Below are positions 51,608-61,215 of a stretch of 64,000 nucleotides of DNA, piece by piece; the first letter of the stretch is position 1, and every line of letters begins with the position of its first letter. This stretch comes from Candidatus Sericytochromatia bacterium. Lineage in GTDB: Bacteria > Cyanobacteriota > Sericytochromatia > S15B-MN24 > JAQBPE01. Under the pieces are notes generated by a model. It ran no database searches. It saw only the letters and a list, made by a program, of their open reading frames with translations, and was not told where the DNA came from. A program made the translations under genes and the position numbers. Location of the stretch: contig JBBAPZ010000006.1 of the NCBI GenBank assembly GCA_040400605.1, forward strand, positions 73,485 to 137,484, read 5' to 3'.

Positions 51608-53085
51608 GGCGATCGCTTTCGAACCATTCGCCCCCACCACGCGGCAAAGACGACCCCGCCACGCAACGCGTATAGGGTTAAGCGGCGCCAAATGCGGCGT
51701 ACAACTGACACCTGCCGCGTTTCGACCCGTGTCGAATAGCCAGGTTTGTGCGCCGCCAGTTCGGCACTCACCCAACGTAAGGCCAGGGCCAATTCCCAAC
51801 GCGCCAGATATTTTGTGCGAACCAGCGCCCGATAGCCGTTTTGATCCTGAAAGCGTTCGGGTAAATGAAGCAATCCCTCACGCAAAACCTGTTCACGCAT
51901 CGCCGTCCCTCGATAAGGCGTCATCAACGAGACGCTGTACGTACAAGGCAGGTCAGACGCAACGGCCAGGGTGTTCTGGATGGTCGCCCAGGACTCACTG
52001 GGGGCCCCGATCATAAAAAATCCTGTCACCTCGATACCCAAACGCTCACACACGCGCATGTTGGCCAACACCCGCCTCAGTGCGCCTTGATTTTGGCCAA
52101 CGTCTTTGAGTACCGCTGCGTCGACTGATTCCACACCAGTTAGAATGCGCTTGACCCCGGCTTGTTGCAAGGTGAACAGATCCGCTTCCTCAAGCGTCTC
52201 AAGATCCGTCTCGATATGCCAGACGAAACCCAAATCGGGTGGCAACAAACGAAACAGCTCAAGCAAATGCCGCTTGCGCCAGGAGATATTGGGATCGCGC
52301 GTTTGAATCAAGCGCACACCCAGTTGTTTCAAAGCCAACAATTCCTGTCTGACGGACGACACCGAGCGCTGGCGCCAGGCAGCACCTTGATGCACATAAT
52401 AGGGACACATCGTACAAGCCTTCGGGCATCCTCGGGTCGTACCCACATAGTGCACCATGTCATCGCGACGGCCAGTGGGTGAATAGGGGGCAGGGTCCAC
52501 CAAATCCCAGGCGGGGACCGGCAAGGCATCAAGGTCCTCCAACACGGTCCACGAAGCCGGTGGCGTTCCGTGCTGTGCAAGAACCAAGATTGCCGGATGT
52601 GTCGACTGACTGAAGTAAGGCATCACGAGCGCCTCAACTTCTCCAAACAGCACATCAAAGGTGAAAGGCTGCCCCCATTCGGCCAGGGTGGTCTGGATGC
52701 AAGCTCCAAACACGAACACCCGTGCGTTCGGCAGCGCGGTTGACAAAGACTGGGCCAAGGCAAGATCAGCATCCAGGCTTGGCAAGCTCAATCTTACACC
52801 AATCATCTGAGCGTCCAATGAACACACGGCCCGACGCGTCTGCTCAGCCGTCAAGCCTTGCCCCAAGGCATCGAGCATGGTAACCGCCATACCGGCTTGA
52901 CGGGCGATCGCACCGGCATACAACCAATCGAGCGGCGGGGGGGGCAAGGGACGTACCGCACGCTGCAACCAGCCCATCGGGCGTGCAACACCCAACCCAC
53001 CCGCTTTGTCGCGATCACTCACGTGTCGCTTCAACTCCGGCGGATTGATCAAACATACCCGACCTCGCTCTAACAACATCGTCAT
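51586..53085 (-). CDS. B12-binding-domain radical SAM protein
   Basis: LINPP..PPLDWLY N-terminal domain, TTRGCPKACTMC, GVES, FMIGAPSE, TPYRGT; ATG 53085 overlaps the ugd stop (ATGA). Confidence 0.88.
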   Translation of the reverse strand: MTMLLERGRVCLINPPELKRHVSDRDKAGGLGVARPMGWLQRAVRPLPPPPLDWLYAGAIARQAGMAVTMLDALGQGLTAEQTRRAVCSLDAQMIGVRLSLPSLDADLALAQSLSTALPNARVFVFGACIQTTLAEWGQPFTFDVLFGEVEALVMPYFSQSTHPAILVLAQHGTPPASWTVLEDLDALPVPAWDLVDPAPYSPTGRRDDMVHYVGTTRGCPKACTMCPYYVHQGAAWRQRSVSSVRQELLALKQLGVRLIQTRDPNISWRKRHLLELFRLLPPDLGFVWHIETDLETLEEADLFTLQQAGVKRILTGVESVDAAVLKDVGQNQGALRRVLANMRVCERLGIEVTGFFMIGAPSESWATIQNTLAVASDLPCTYSVSLMTPYRGTAMREQVLREGLLHLPERFQDQNGYRALVRTKYLARWELALALRWVSAELAAHKPGYSTRVETRQVSVVRRIWRRLTLYALRGGVVFAAWWGRMVRKRSPWFVSAS

Positions 53086-54488
53086 GACAAACCACTCCAA
53101 CCCAAACCCTGATACCACAACCCACTGTCGCGAATCTGCCTTGCATTCAACGCATTTCGCCCATCCAGCAACAAAAATGGCTCGGTCATCTGCAGCCTCA
53201 TCCGACCCCAATCAAGTGTCTGAAACTCCGCCCATTCCGTGACCAACACCAACGCCGCGCACCCGTCCGCAAGCGCATAAGGGCAATCAGTGATTTCAAC
53301 CGGCGCCATACCGTCCCACTGTGCCTCACGCACCACCGGATCATACGCACGCACAACGGCACCCATTCGATGCAACGCCTCAGCAATGCGAATGGCCGGC
53401 GCCGCGCGCAAATCATCGGTATCAGGTTTGAAGGCCAGCCCCATCAGACCGATCCGCTGCCCCTCAAGGCAGGACAAATGCCCAAGCAATTGCCGCGCCA
53501 CCCAATGCCATTGACGATCATTCACCGCAACGGCTGCCCCCACGATGTCCGATTCCAAGCCAACCTGTCGCGACATATTCAGCACCGCCTCCAAATCCTT
53601 CGGAAAACAACTCCCCCCCCAACCAATCCCGGCATCAAGAAACGCGGGCCCAATACGTCGGTCCATACCCATCACACGGGCAACAGACCTCACATCCGCC
53701 CCCACGCGTTCACATAACAAAGCAAACTCATTGATGAAACTGATTTTGGTCGCCAAAAATGCATTGGCCGCATACTTGGCCAGCTCCGCCGACGCACGGT
53801 CCAACCACACAATCGGCACCCGATGAAAGACGCCCTCATAAGGCACCAGTCCGTTTGCAAACGGTGCGAACAACTCGGCCATCACGACACGCGCCCGCTC
53901 ACTCTCAACGCCTATTACGATCCGTTCCGCATAAAACGTATCAGCAAGCGCACTCCCCTCTCGTAAAAACTCCGGGCAGCTCACCACATCAACCGACACC
54001 CGCCCATCATTCACCACCTGGGAATCATCACCCGCATTGGGCCGCACAGCAGCTGCCTGCGTCATACGCGCCCGAACACCTGCCTCAATCCATTGCGCCA
54101 CCCTGCCACCGGTTCCAACCGGCACGGTGCTTTTAATCACCACCACCGTCGATTCGGACGCATACCAACCCAAATCACGAGCCACAGTCTCCAATGCACC
54201 CAAATCAGGCGCACCTGTCGCATCAGCGGGCGTACCCACCGCCACCATCGCCACCGCAGCGCCTTGTACAGCCTCTGCGATCCCATCAACAAAACGCAGA
54301 CGGCCCCGAGCCAGTTCCATTTGCACCAACTCCGTCAAGCCTGGCTCAAAAAAAGGAACCCGCCCCGACTGAAGCATCACCACACGCTCGCGTTGCGTAT
54401 CCGTACAAATGACATCATGCCCTGCGTGAGCCAAACACGCACCAGTCACAAGCCCCACGTAGCCACAACCCACGACACATACCCGCAT
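53082..54488 (-). CDS. ugd: UDP-glucose 6-dehydrogenase
   Basis: VGCGYVG, AVGTP, KSTVP, PEFLREG, KYAANAFLA, GGSCFPKD, FKPDTDD; start moved to ATG 54488. Confidence 0.95.
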   Translation of the reverse strand: MRVCVVGCGYVGLVTGACLAHAGHDVICTDTQRERVVMLQSGRVPFFEPGLTELVQMELARGRLRFVDGIAEAVQGAAVAMVAVGTPADATGAPDLGALETVARDLGWYASESTVVVIKSTVPVGTGGRVAQWIEAGVRARMTQAAAVRPNAGDDSQVVNDGRVSVDVVSCPEFLREGSALADTFYAERIVIGVESERARVVMAELFAPFANGLVPYEGVFHRVPIVWLDRASAELAKYAANAFLATKISFINEFALLCERVGADVRSVARVMGMDRRIGPAFLDAGIGWGGSCFPKDLEAVLNMSRQVGLESDIVGAAVAVNDRQWHWVARQLLGHLSCLEGQRIGLMGLAFKPDTDDLRAAPAIRIAEALHRMGAVVRAYDPVVREAQWDGMAPVEITDCPYALADGCAALVLVTEWAEFQTLDWGRMRLQMTEPFLLLDGRNALNARQIRDSGLWYQGLGWSGLS

Positions 54489-54901
54489 TGCCAGCCTCCA
54501 TACCGTACCAAGTCGGGCACGCGATTCGCTTCTTCTCAAGAAACGCAACGCCCCCCGCACAGCCCCCACGCTACCAAAGGCATCGGGAACAAGTGGAGGG
54601 TTGCAGGCGACAAAAGTCCTTGGTCAAGCAGACAGGCTCGTCAAGTGAGCGTGAAACCTGTGGCCAAAAGCGATAGGGAAAAACGTCGATTGGTGGTCAA
54701 ATTTTAACTGTTGGTTGTATGACAGCGGTTAAGTACTTGATGTTATAAACTGACAATAAAAGTCTTGAACAAAAGAGACGCAGCGTTGTATATACCCAAA
54801 ATCACCCGTTCAATCGCGGCATCAATTTTCTGACCTACCCCCAGGCCCGACACCAACCACGTCAACAGGGCATTCAGTTATCGACAAACGACACAACTGG
54901 G

Positions 54902-55477
54902 TCAATTTGCGGCAGCCGCGCAAGCCAAGATTCGCTTGCGCACCGCGTCGATCAAGCCATGTAAAGCCTGTTTTTGCAAAAAAGCCACCACAGCAGGCGG
55001 AACCGGACCCGGCGGTACAACGTGAACCGCATACGTCAAACGAATTCCACCCGGAACCGCCTGAAACACCCATTCACCATCGTTACGACGCAAATCGCCA
55101 CGTACAGCCTGCCAAACCACCCGATCCGCCTTCAAACATCGCCTTGTTACCAATACCATCTGCCAAGGCCCATAACCACCAATCTGCTCAATCACCTGAC
55201 AATCGTCCTGCGACGCCAAAATCCTCACCGAACGCGCACCCGGCATAAACTCCGGAAACTTGGCATGATCCCACAACACCTGACGTGCGCAGGCAAGTGG
55301 CGCCTTAAGCACAACATGGGCACAAATCGACGCCCCCTCTTTCACCGGATGTTCGTGGGTCACAACATAACCCGCATCCAAGTGCCGCAGTTCCTCAGGT
55401 GTCAAAACCTCAGCATGGGCCCACCCTGCGATGCCGACAAGCCAAACGATGACCAATCCGCACAGTAAACGCCTCAT
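54902..55477 (-). CDS. Exported SRPBCC/START-like protein
   Basis: Signal peptide; LWDHAKFPEFMP, GDLRRNDGEW. Confidence 0.8.
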   Translation of the reverse strand: MRRLLCGLVIVWLVGIAGWAHAEVLTPEELRHLDAGYVVTHEHPVKEGASICAHVVLKAPLACARQVLWDHAKFPEFMPGARSVRILASQDDCQVIEQIGGYGPWQMVLVTRRCLKADRVVWQAVRGDLRRNDGEWVFQAVPGGIRLTYAVHVVPPGPVPPAVVAFLQKQALHGLIDAVRKRILACAAAAN

Positions 55478-55662
55478 CAGTCACGATACCGATCCACGTG
55501 ACGGGTATTCATCACGGCACTGCGAAGCCGCCTGACCCCCTTGCTGGACCCCTGTAACTTCTTGGCCCGCCGCGGTGCACGCGTAACACGAAAGCGTTGA
55601 TAATCACGCACGCCCCAAGCAAAGAGCAGAATCAAGACCACCGCTTGAATGAGCCCCTTCAT
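55477..55662 (-). CDS. Small single-TM basic protein
   Basis: MKGLIQAVVLILLFAWG plus basic tail; abuts the next gene; G-rich RBS. Confidence 0.55.
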   Translation of the reverse strand: MKGLIQAVVLILLFAWGVRDYQRFRVTRAPRRAKKLQGSSKGVRRLRSAVMNTRHVDRYRD

Positions 55663-55722
55663 CGCCGCCCCCTAACGAATCAGCCGCCTCCACTGAGTGA
55701 TTTCAGTGTCAGCGGCCGACAA

Positions 55723-55799
55723 TGGTCGGGATGACAGGATTCGAACCTGCGACCCCCTCGTCCCGAACGAGGTGCGCTACCAAGCTGCGCTACATCCCG
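55723..55799 (-). tRNA. tRNA-Pro(CGG)
   Basis: CGGGATGTAGCGCAGCTTGGTAGCGCA-CCTCG-TTCGGGA-CGAGG-GGGTCGCAGGTTCGAATCCTGTCATCCCGACCA; full cloverleaf with encoded CCA. Confidence 0.98.
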
Positions 55800-55874
55800 A
55801 CGATGCTAACACTTTATCACGCAGACAAACCCTTGGCAACCTCCCGGCACACCCCCTACGTGACAAACACAACG

Positions 55875-56858
55875 CTATTGCCGCGTGGGCAGCACACCCC
55901 TTACACGCACCTTTTGGATAAAAATATCAACGAATTCAGCATCAAGTTGTGTACCTTTGACGGATTCCAACACCGCAATCGCCTTTTCCATGGGCATGCC
56001 ATCCCGATAGGGACGATTGGATGTCAACGCATCGAAGGTATCGGCAATCGCCGTAATCCGAGCGTTTTTGGGAATCTCACCCCCAGGCAGGCTGTGTGGG
56101 TACCCCTGACCGTCAATGCGTTCATGATGCGACAGCACAATCGGCAAAATCGGCTCAAGCTCACCAATCTGCTTCAGAATGTTGTATCCCACAGACGGAT
56201 GAATCTTGATATGGTCATACTCTTCAGCCGTTAAACGTCCCGGCTTGTTCAAAACCTCTTCCCGCACCGCAATTTTTCCAATGTCGTGCAAAATACCGCC
56301 GTGACGCAAGACCTGCAACTCCTCTTGCGAATACCCCAACTCCTCGGCAACCCAACAGGCGTACTCCCCAACCCGATGAGAATGCCCGTGCGTGTAAGGG
56401 TCCCGCGCCTCAAGCGTTGTCGCCAACGTGTCGATCACGGTCATCATATTGTCGCGCAGTCGCTTCGAAAGGGCCGCCTTCTCCCGCCGCAAACGCAGAT
56501 TCGTGATGTTTCGCAGCACGCTATGGATAAAGGTATCGACTTCGAAAGGCTTGAAAATGTAGTCGTTGATACCGACCTTGAGCGCGTGAACCGGCGTCTC
56601 TTCACTGGCATACCCGGTGATGATGATGCTGCAGATTTCCGGTTGAAGCTCCTTGATCAACCGAATCGTTTCCACACCATCAATGCCCGGCATGCGCACA
56701 TCCGAAATCACCATATCAAATTCCTGGGTGCGCGCCATCTCAACGCCCGCGTAACCATCTTCCGCCAGATAAACCTCAAAATCCTGTTTTTTCAGGATTT
56801 TGGCCACCGTGCGGCGAATCAGTTCCTCATCGTCGACTACAAGTATTTTCTCTCGCAT
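55875..56858 (-). CDS. REC-HD-GYP c-di-GMP phosphodiesterase response regulator
   Basis: VVDDE, SDVRMP, FKP; HSHRV, HDIGK, HHERIDGQGYP, ADTFDA. Confidence 0.95.
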   Translation of the reverse strand: MREKILVVDDEELIRRTVAKILKKQDFEVYLAEDGYAGVEMARTQEFDMVISDVRMPGIDGVETIRLIKELQPEICSIIITGYASEETPVHALKVGINDYIFKPFEVDTFIHSVLRNITNLRLRREKAALSKRLRDNMMTVIDTLATTLEARDPYTHGHSHRVGEYACWVAEELGYSQEELQVLRHGGILHDIGKIAVREEVLNKPGRLTAEEYDHIKIHPSVGYNILKQIGELEPILPIVLSHHERIDGQGYPHSLPGGEIPKNARITAIADTFDALTSNRPYRDGMPMEKAIAVLESVKGTQLDAEFVDIFIQKVRVRGVLPTRQ

Positions 56859-57001
56859 GCGGCGTCCGTACTCCCCAAAGGTCTCAGTCATCAGACATCC
56901 GTCATATACCCAAGACTTCAAAAAAGCTACACACGCCCGGTGGCGAAACCGGGATCAACTGCTCAAATGGCCCAAAAATCATTTACCCGCGGACTTTTCG
57001 G

Positions 57002-57364
57002 TCAAAAAATGGCAGTCAATGATGCGTCCAGTCGCGCAAGACAGGCCAATTTTTGCAGGCGGGACAACTGTTTAAAAGCATATTCGGCGCGCAGGGCCAC
57101 CCGTCGTGAATCAAGCATCCAATAGCCAACGAGGGTCACAGGCAAATGGGCGCGGGTATAGTGGCCGCCCTTCCCCTTTTGATGCATCCGCAACCGTTGA
57201 CGCAAATCACGCGTGTATCCCGTGTAAAGACTGCCATCCGCACATCGCAAGATGTAAACGACATCGTGCCCGCACAGAGGCAGCCGCGCAGCGTGAACCC
57301 ATCGTTCGGCTGTCAGCACCGCCAGGGCAGGGTGGCTCGCCTGCATCAAATCGACTGCATCCAC
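57002..57364 (-). CDS. GIY-YIG nuclease (UPF0213)
   Basis: VYILRCADGSLYTGYT...H..GKG..YTR...P...AE. Confidence 0.9.
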   Translation of the reverse strand: MDAVDLMQASHPALAVLTAERWVHAARLPLCGHDVVYILRCADGSLYTGYTRDLRQRLRMHQKGKGGHYTRAHLPVTLVGYWMLDSRRVALRAEYAFKQLSRLQKLACLARLDASLTAIF

Positions 57365-59418
57365 GGGCGCAAGTGACCACCGGATTGCGTCAACAGCCTA
57401 TCCGCAGTCACGGCATCCACGCCTTGCTGATGCATCACCACCGCACGCTTGACCGAGCCCCCCGCTGTATCAAGGAGGCGTTGGCTGGATGAATCATCTT
57501 CACGGGTCAGTTGTGCAACAAGACGCCGTGCCCGTTGACGCAATTTCTGATTCGAACACTGCACATCCACCATCAAATTGTCGTAAACCTTGCCCAATTG
57601 CACCATGGTCAAGGTTGTGATCATATTCAAGACCATCTTGGTTGCCGAACCCGCTTTCAGGCGCGTGGAACCTGCGACAATCTCCGGCCCGACAGGGAGA
57701 ACCAAGACGTGATCGGGCACAAAGGGGGTCGCGTGTGGCTGGTTGCAGGTTAGCAGCACCGTTGCTGCTTCAGCTGCGCGTGCCGCCGCGAGGGCCCCCC
57801 AGACATACTGTGCGTGTCCGTTGGCACTGATTCCGACGACGATGTCGTGAAGCCCAACCGTTAAAGCGTTGACATCCGCCGCGCCAGCCGACGCGTCATC
57901 CTCAGCGCCTTCGATGGCATGTCGCAGGGCGCGATCGCCCCCCGCAACAATGCCTTGCACCTGCCACTGCGGCACTGAAAAAGTCGGGTAACACTCGGAT
58001 GCATCCAGCACGCCAAGGCGACCGCTCGTGCCAGCCCCAACATAAATCAGGCGCCCCCCGTCACGCAGGCGTGCAACGGTATCGTCAATCACTGCAGCGA
58101 TCGCCTCCGTGGCGGTGTCAATCGCCCGTAACACGTCGTAGTCCTGCGAATGCATCACCTGGACCGCGCTGCGGGTGTTCAGGCGATCCAGTCCGGAACT
58201 GACCGGATTGGACGCCTCCGTCAACAACTGGGCTGTCCCTGCCACAACACCTGCCAGTACCCCGCGCCCCCAATTGTTTCCAGGCACGATTTGACCCAAA
58301 ACCGCTGAGTGCGAGGCACCGGTCACGTGCGGCAATTGGTTGATTTGGCCGTGAACGGCCTGGTACGCCAAAATGGCGAAAGCGAACGCTTCTTTGTGAT
58401 CGGCGTTGATCCCCAACTCATCACTGACACACACCCGACACTCGGGCAAAACCTTGACCAGCGAATCAAGCAACGCCGGGTTCCTTGCACCACCACCGGA
58501 CACCCACACGGTTCGCGGAAACTGCCCTGCAGGCAAAAACCGACGGTATTGATCAGCCACACACGCAGCCGTGTAAGCCGTCGCAGTCGCTATCAAATCA
58601 ACTCCCCAAACGCCCATTCCCTCAGCCTGATGCTTCAATCGTTCGACGAACGCCGCGCCATAACGCTCGCGCCCCGTCGACTTGGGCAACGGCTGCCGTA
58701 AATAATCATCCGCGGCCAACCAAACAGACAGCAGTTCGTCTTGAACGCGCCCGGCCTTGGCAAGCAAACCGCCATCATCCCAGCGTTGCGCGCCACCGCT
58801 GAAATCTTCCACCAAGGCATCAATGACCATGCAACCGGGACCCGTATCGAAAGCCAGCACCTTGGCTGGATCACCATCGGCACTCAAACAGGTCACATTG
58901 CCGATGCCGCCGAAATTCTGCATCGCCATCGATTCACCTGAGCGCCCCCAACACAGCCAATCGACATAGGGTACCAAGGGCGCACCCTGTCCTTGGCGCG
59001 CCACATCACCGACTCGAAACTCACCCACCGTGGTGATCCCGGTGCGCGCCGCGATAACGGCAGGTTCACCCAGTTGAAACGTGAATGCTTCCGGCCCGCA
59101 CGGCTGGTGCCAGACCGTTTGTCCCGCCACGCCAATGAGATCGATTTGTTCCGGACGCAACCCGCGCTCACTTAAAAATCGCAGGACCAAATCAGCCCAA
59201 TGTTCACCCAACGCGACATCCAAGCCCGCGACCTCAGCGACACTGGCGAGGCCTGTTCGATAAAGCGCTGCGATGCGCGCGCGCAAGGACTCAGGCAAAG
59301 ACCAGGTTGCAGCATCCAACAATTGTGCCTGCAACCGGGTCCCCCAACCCTGAATATCCACCAAAGCCACGTCACAACCATCAAGCGACGTGCCGGACAT
59401 CAAGCCAATCACCCACAT
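57346..59418 (-). CDS. anmK-murQ: Fused anhydro-MurNAc kinase (AnmK) and MurNAc-6-P etherase (MurQ)
   Basis: AnmK: GLMSGTSLDG, GQGAPLVP, FDTGPG, PKSTGRE, KEAFAF. Same frame, MurQ from about 58227: TEASNP, GAGTSGRLG, DASEC, EGAED, GSTRLKAG, NLMVDV. Confidence 0.93.
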   Translation of the reverse strand: MWVIGLMSGTSLDGCDVALVDIQGWGTRLQAQLLDAATWSLPESLRARIAALYRTGLASVAEVAGLDVALGEHWADLVLRFLSERGLRPEQIDLIGVAGQTVWHQPCGPEAFTFQLGEPAVIAARTGITTVGEFRVGDVARQGQGAPLVPYVDWLCWGRSGESMAMQNFGGIGNVTCLSADGDPAKVLAFDTGPGCMVIDALVEDFSGGAQRWDDGGLLAKAGRVQDELLSVWLAADDYLRQPLPKSTGRERYGAAFVERLKHQAEGMGVWGVDLIATATAYTAACVADQYRRFLPAGQFPRTVWVSGGGARNPALLDSLVKVLPECRVCVSDELGINADHKEAFAFAILAYQAVHGQINQLPHVTGASHSAVLGQIVPGNNWGRGVLAGVVAGTAQLLTEASNPVSSGLDRLNTRSAVQVMHSQDYDVLRAIDTATEAIAAVIDDTVARLRDGGRLIYVGAGTSGRLGVLDASECYPTFSVPQWQVQGIVAGGDRALRHAIEGAEDDASAGAADVNALTVGLHDIVVGISANGHAQYVWGALAAARAAEAATVLLTCNQPHATPFVPDHVLVLPVGPEIVAGSTRLKAGSATKMVLNMITTLTMVQLGKVYDNLMVDVQCSNQKLRQRARRLVAQLTREDDSSSQRLLDTAGGSVKRAVVMHQQGVDAVTADRLLTQSGGHLRPWMQSI

Positions 59419-59526
59419 CGTGAAATCCCCCCACGGCGCACCGGACACGTGGCCACTTCCGCCCATATCGTGTACATTGAACCATAAACGACATGACGCA
59501 AACCAGATTATGACCGTGTAAACAAG

Positions 59527-61125
59527 TTGTCGAAACGAATTGCCCCATCTCTTCTAAGCAGCCGTGAACTCATTGGGCAACTGATGATGCCCATGTTGCC
59601 TGATACTGCGGACCTGCTGACACCTAAAATCTGGCAAGATGTTCTCAACCGACACTCGGCGTTTGGATTCGGTGGCTACATCGTCTTTCGTGGCGACTGG
59701 CACAAGACGCCACCTTTGCTGGCCAGTTTGCAAGAACACAGCGAGATCCCGCTTGTTTTCGGATCAGACCTTGAGCGCGGTTGCGGACAGCAATTGACGG
59801 GCGCAACCGTTTTCCCGATGCAAATGGCCTTGGGTGCCACGCGCAACAGCGATCTCGCGTACCAACAAGGGGCCATCACGGCGCTCGAAGCGCGACGGGC
59901 GGGCCTCCACTGGATCTTTGCCCCGACATTGGATTTGGTCACGCGGCCAGACAATCCCATCATCAACGTTCGGGGCCTTGGTGAAAATCCCAGGCTGGTT
60001 GGCCGTCTTGGCAGCGCGATCATTTCGGGAATGCAAGAACATGGTGCCATTGCCTGTGCCAAACATTTCCCGGGACATGCCGAAACGTCTGATGACTCCC
60101 ATACACGTTTGCCAACCTTGCATATCTCTCGTCAACGAATGGAATGGCATGATCTCGTGCCATTTCGCGATTGCATCCGCGCCGGGCTTCAATCGATCAT
60201 GGTCGGTCATTTGGCCGTACCAGCGCTGGATGATACGGGTATGCCAGCATCATTGTCGCGGCGCATCGTGACGGACTTGTTGCGTGAACAGATGAATTTT
60301 GACGGACTCATCGTGACGGATGCGCTGGATATGGGGGCCATCACAGCCCGCTTTGACCCGGGGCAGGCGGCCGTTCGGGCCTTGCAGGCAGGCGTGGATG
60401 TCTTGTTGATGCCCCCTGACCCGGAGGCCGTCGTCAGCGCCGTCTTGCTTGCACTCGAAGAAGGGGTGTTAAGCAGGCGCGGCCTGCTTGACTCGGTCGA
60501 ACGCCTTGATCGGGCGCGTTTGCAGCTCGGACTGTACAGTTCCGACGGTGACGACGACCTGTTACCTGTGGCGCACTGGCCCGATTACACTCCGGCTGTC
60601 CAGGACATCGCCACGCACGCAATCACACTGGTTCACAGTGAGGAAGACACCGTGCCGTTGCGTGGTAGCGTGGCTGCAATCGCACTGGATGACGACAATG
60701 ATCCGACAGTCACAGACACTTGGGTGCGGGCCTTGGAAAGTCGGCACGGGGTCAGTTGCGCGGTTTTGGATAGCCAAGCCACGCCAGAGGCGATCAACGA
60801 CGCCCTCGAACAGGCCAGTCAGAGCGAGACGGTGGTGGTGGGCGTTTTTTCAGCCGTCCGGGCGTGGAAGAATCGTGTGACTTTGGTGAAGCATCTGGAT
60901 GACGTCGGCCGGCGATTATCTGCCTTGGCCTGCAAACGACGTGTGGTCGTCTCTTTCAGTTCTCCGTTCATGGCTCAAGACTGGGCGGGCATTGATGCCT
61001 ACATCTGCGCGTATTCGCCGCATCCGCTGTGTCAATTGGCCGCACTGGACTGCTTGTGGGGATTGGCACCCTTCAAAGGTCACCTGCCGGTGACGTTGGA
61101 TAACGATGCGGCCAGGTCGCTGTAA
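59527..61125 (+). CDS. nagZ: GH3 beta-N-acetylglucosaminidase (two-domain)
   Basis: SDLERG, KHFPGH..DSH, IMVGH, VTDALDM. Confidence 0.88.
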   Translation: MSKRIAPSLLSSRELIGQLMMPMLPDTADLLTPKIWQDVLNRHSAFGFGGYIVFRGDWHKTPPLLASLQEHSEIPLVFGSDLERGCGQQLTGATVFPMQMALGATRNSDLAYQQGAITALEARRAGLHWIFAPTLDLVTRPDNPIINVRGLGENPRLVGRLGSAIISGMQEHGAIACAKHFPGHAETSDDSHTRLPTLHISRQRMEWHDLVPFRDCIRAGLQSIMVGHLAVPALDDTGMPASLSRRIVTDLLREQMNFDGLIVTDALDMGAITARFDPGQAAVRALQAGVDVLLMPPDPEAVVSAVLLALEEGVLSRRGLLDSVERLDRARLQLGLYSSDGDDDLLPVAHWPDYTPAVQDIATHAITLVHSEEDTVPLRGSVAAIALDDDNDPTVTDTWVRALESRHGVSCAVLDSQATPEAINDALEQASQSETVVVGVFSAVRAWKNRVTLVKHLDDVGRRLSALACKRRVVVSFSSPFMAQDWAGIDAYICAYSPHPLCQLAALDCLWGLAPFKGHLPVTLDNDAARSL

Positions 61126-61131
61126 CAACGC

Positions 61132-61161
61132 TTGTCACCCCTCGGCATCCCACCCTATAAT
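61132..61161 (+). promoter_or_regulatory. Sigma70-type promoter of the LCP gene
   Basis: TTGTCA-N18-TATAAT about 55 bp upstream of the ATG. Confidence 0.6.
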
Positions 61162-61215
61162 CGTTTGGTGGTGCGCTTGCTGACACTCGCAGCGTCACTG
61201 GATCATTGAGGTGGC

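Noticed and set aside
55723..55799. tRNA-anchored genomic island
   Set aside because: No integrase and no duplicated tRNA 3' end seen in the window.
57002..57364. Homing endonuclease or mobile element
   Set aside because: Short stand-alone UPF0213-type GIY-YIG; no intron or flanking repeats.
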